Assembly (NCBI RefSeq): GCF_001548275.1
Contig: NZ_AP014945.1
Span: forward strand, 780,001 to 812,000
DNA length: 32,000 nucleotides
Direction: 5' to 3'
Origin: Caldimicrobium thiodismutans
Lineage (GTDB): Bacteria > Desulfobacterota > Thermodesulfobacteria > Thermodesulfobacteriales > Thermodesulfobacteriaceae
Position numbers and translations under genes: made by a program
Notes under the pieces: model-generated
What the model saw: only the letters and a program-made list of their open reading frames with translations
What the model was told of the DNA's origin: nothing
Database searches by the model: none
Shown: one piece after another, positions 30,399 to 32,000 of the stretch
Numbering within the stretch: position 1 is the first letter of the stretch
Layout: every line of letters starts with the position of its first letter

Positions 30399-31354
30399 TT
30401 GGAGATAATAGCAAAGCCATATCTTTCAATTAGAAGGGTTGAACACTTAGGGCAGAAGGTATTTTCTGTCTCGTTACCAGGGACATTTCCGATGTAAACA
30501 AAATATAAACCCTCTTCTTTACCAATGTAATAGGCCCTCTGTAGAGTTTCAATAGAGGTATAGGGTTTATTTTGCATCTTGAACTGGGGATAAAAACGGG
30601 AGATGTGCCAGGGGGTCTCAGGGCCAAGTTCATCTCTTATAAATCGGGCTATATCTCTCAACTCTTCTGAACTATCATTTTCCTCAGGAATGACAAGGGT
30701 AGTAATCTCAACCCAGATACCAAGTTTTTTAAGATACTTAAGGTTATCCAAGATGGGTTTTAATTTGGCTTTACATATGCGATGATAAAATCCTTCTGTA
30801 AAGGCCTTTAAATCCACATTTATGCCATGCAGATAGTCCTTAATGAGATCTAAGGCAGACTTGGTCATATATCCATTGGAGACAAAGACATTTTTAAGCC
30901 CCTCTTTGACTGCTAATTTAGAGCAATCTAAGGCATACTCAAAATAAATAGTAGGCTCTGTATAAGTGTAAGATATGCTTTTACATCCATGATTAAGGGC
31001 CTTTTTCACAATATCCTTTGGAGAGTAAGGTGTCCCTGGAATTGAGCCGGGATAAAGATGGGGAAATTGAGAAATTTCAAAGTTCTGACAAAAGGAACAT
31101 CTAAAATTACAACCAACAGTAGCTATGGAATAGGAATAGGATCCTGGTAAAAAGTGATAAAGGGGCTTCTTTTCTATAGGATCAATATGTTCAGCAATGA
31201 CGCGACCATAAACTAAGGAGTAAAGGATACCCTCTTCATTTTTTCTAACTCCACAAAGCCCTGTTTTGCCATTAGGGATAAGGCATTGATGATTGCAAAG
31301 ATAACAACGAACCTTTTTATCCTCTAAGGACTCATATAATAAAGCCTCCTTCAT
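30335..31354 (-). CDS. amrS: AmmeMemoRadiSam system radical SAM enzyme
   Basis: The N-terminal block is VRCYLCNHQCLIPNGKTGLCGVRKN. The radical SAM motif is GCNFRCSFCQN. The C-terminal zinc-ribbon-like block is CPKCSTLL...CPKCGFSIAGVW. Overall it looks like a PFL-activase-type enzyme. Confidence 0.88.
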   Translation of the reverse strand: MKEALLYESLEDKKVRCYLCNHQCLIPNGKTGLCGVRKNEEGILYSLVYGRVIAEHIDPIEKKPLYHFLPGSYSYSIATVGCNFRCSFCQNFEISQFPHLYPGSIPGTPYSPKDIVKKALNHGCKSISYTYTEPTIYFEYALDCSKLAVKEGLKNVFVSNGYMTKSALDLIKDYLHGINVDLKAFTEGFYHRICKAKLKPILDNLKYLKKLGIWVEITTLVIPEENDSSEELRDIARFIRDELGPETPWHISRFYPQFKMQNKPYTSIETLQRAYYIGKEEGLYFVYIGNVPGNETENTFCPKCSTLLIERYGFAIISNQLKEDGLCPKCGFSIAGVWK

Positions 31355-31360
31355 ATTTTC

Positions 31361-31389
31361 ATTTTAATAATTTTCCAATTCAGAGTCAA
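31361..31389 (-). promoter_or_regulatory. Putative amrS promoter TTGACT-17-TAAAAT, 6 nt from the ATG (leaderless architecture)
   Basis: Minus strand reads TTGACTctgaattggaaaattatTAAAATgaaaatATG. There is no SD upstream. The -35 lies exactly 20 nt after the CTCAAAAG box of repeat R3. Confidence 0.5.
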
Positions 31390-31394
31390 GGGCT

Positions 31395-31514
31395 TGTTTG
31401 CGTCCATATCTTTTGAGACTCTATAGGATTTTTTCTACTATTTCAGTTGTAGGAAAAGAAACTTTTCCCCTTTTTCCAACCCTCCTTTTTCTTGTAAAGA
31501 TAAGTGCTTATGCA
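31395..31514 (-). mobile_element. 120-bp miniature (MITE-like) copy R3 of the IS-derived repeat, inverted orientation
   Basis: The reverse complement starts TGCATAAGCACTTATCTTTACAAGAAAAAGGAGGG, matching the R1/R2 left arm. It ends GTAGAAAAAATCCTATAGAGTCTCAAAAGATATGGACGCAAACA, matching the R1 right arm. The interior holds a GGAAAAG-ttt-CTTTTCC hairpin and has no coding capacity. Confidence 0.6.
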
Positions 31515-31523
31515 GAAAATCAA

Positions 31524-31552
31524 TTGACGAAGGCTGAAGAAATGAATATATT
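31524..31552 (+). promoter_or_regulatory. Putative recN promoter TTGACG-17-TATATT, 10 nt from the ATG
   Basis: Reads TTGACGaaggctgaagaaatgaaTATATTttaatatgttATG. No SD is present. Confidence 0.45.
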
Positions 31553-31562
31553 TTAATATGTT

Positions 31563-32000
31563 ATGCTCCTTGAGCTTAAAATCACCAATTTTGTCCTGAT
31601 TGAAGAGGCTCACTTAAGCTTTGATAAGGGGCTCACTATCTTTACAGGAGAGACGGGAGCTGGAAAATCTCTTCTTATTAAGGCACTAAAGGTGCTCTTA
31701 GGTGATAAAGGAGCTGGAGGACATCTTAAACCCGAGACAGAGACCTCTGAGGTCTCTGCCCTCTTCTACGGTGGCCCTTATCTTTCTGCCAAATTAAAAG
31801 AGCTGGGATACCCAGCAGAAGAGGAGATTCATATCAAAAGAATTATTTCACCTCAGAGGCAGAGGAGTTTTCTTAACGGCTCTCCCATATCCACTCTTGA
31901 ACTTAGCCAAATCACCCGGGACCTTATTTCTCTTACCAGTCAGCATGAATACTACACCTTTTTACGCCGAGAAAATCAACTTAAGTTTGTTGATGAGCTC
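31563..32000 (+). CDS. recN: DNA repair protein RecN, N-terminal part (3' end outside window)
   Basis: It is absent from the ORF track because it runs off the window. ATG 31563 opens MLLELKITNFVLIEEAHLSFDKGLTIFTGETGAGKSLLIKAL, the SMC-type Walker A N-terminus of RecN. The frame stays open to nt 32000. Confidence 0.9.
   Translation, partial: MLLELKITNFVLIEEAHLSFDKGLTIFTGETGAGKSLLIKALKVLLGDKGAGGHLKPETETSEVSALFYGGPYLSAKLKELGYPAEEEIHIKRIISPQRQRSFLNGSPISTLELSQITRDLISLTSQHEYYTFLRRENQLKFVDEL

Noticed and set aside
1-32000. CRISPR arrays, tRNA/rRNA/tmRNA genes, toxin-antitoxin pairs, restriction-modification or other defence islands, prophage genes.
   Set aside because: I found no regularly spaced direct repeats and no cloverleaf-capable intergenic segments; the spacers are too short or are explained above. 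No ORF carries a nuclease, methylase, toxin or phage motif. The window is essentially housekeeping apart from the IS-derived repeats.

Overview
Visibly AT-rich, tightly packed bacterial chromosomal window. The proteins are K/E/I/L-rich and look thermophile-like; a Thermodesulfobacteriota- or Aquificota-type anaerobe is only a guess from composition.

The core is one minus-strand run of 16 genes (24478 down to 8042) with no gap larger than 11 nt. It is a dcw cell-wall/division operon: mraZ-rsmH-ftsL-[short PBP-like]-murE-murF-mraY-murD-murG-murC-murB-ftsQ-ftsA-ftsZ. Two extra genes are coupled to ftsZ: a ParB/Srx-fold protein and a Memo-like AmmeMemoRadiSam protein B with an N-terminal extension.

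Flanking genes are leuA (partial), a TPR lipoprotein, yjbQ, ribE, a DUF2148 ferredoxin-domain protein, trpF, an FmdB-type zinc ribbon, an orphan hybrid histidine kinase, a TPR-fused YcaO with a NIL-domain 4Fe-4S ferredoxin, serA, rlmN, the AmmeMemoRadiSam radical SAM enzyme and recN (partial). I found no rRNA, tRNA, CRISPR array, intact transposase or recognisable defence island.

Observations worth a second look:
1. A repeat family derived from an rve-type IS has three clear copies of 405, 345 and 120 bp, plus one doubtful copy. Each sits in a promoter-bearing intergenic region. Each right arm ends with CTCAAAAG-N20-TTGNCN, an outward -35-like hexamer.
2. Several first genes look leaderless: a -10 box lies 6-10 nt from the ATG and there is no Shine-Dalgarno sequence.
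3. The dcw operon has no ftsW and no ddl. The gene at the ftsI position encodes only 332 aa and has no SxxK motif.
4. A ParB-like gene (GxxRxxA motif) and a Memo-like gene with a PqqD-like extension are appended to ftsZ.
5. The YcaO-TPR / NIL-ferredoxin pair has no TfuA or E1-like partner and no visible precursor peptide.

All functional calls come from reading motifs by eye. No searches were run.
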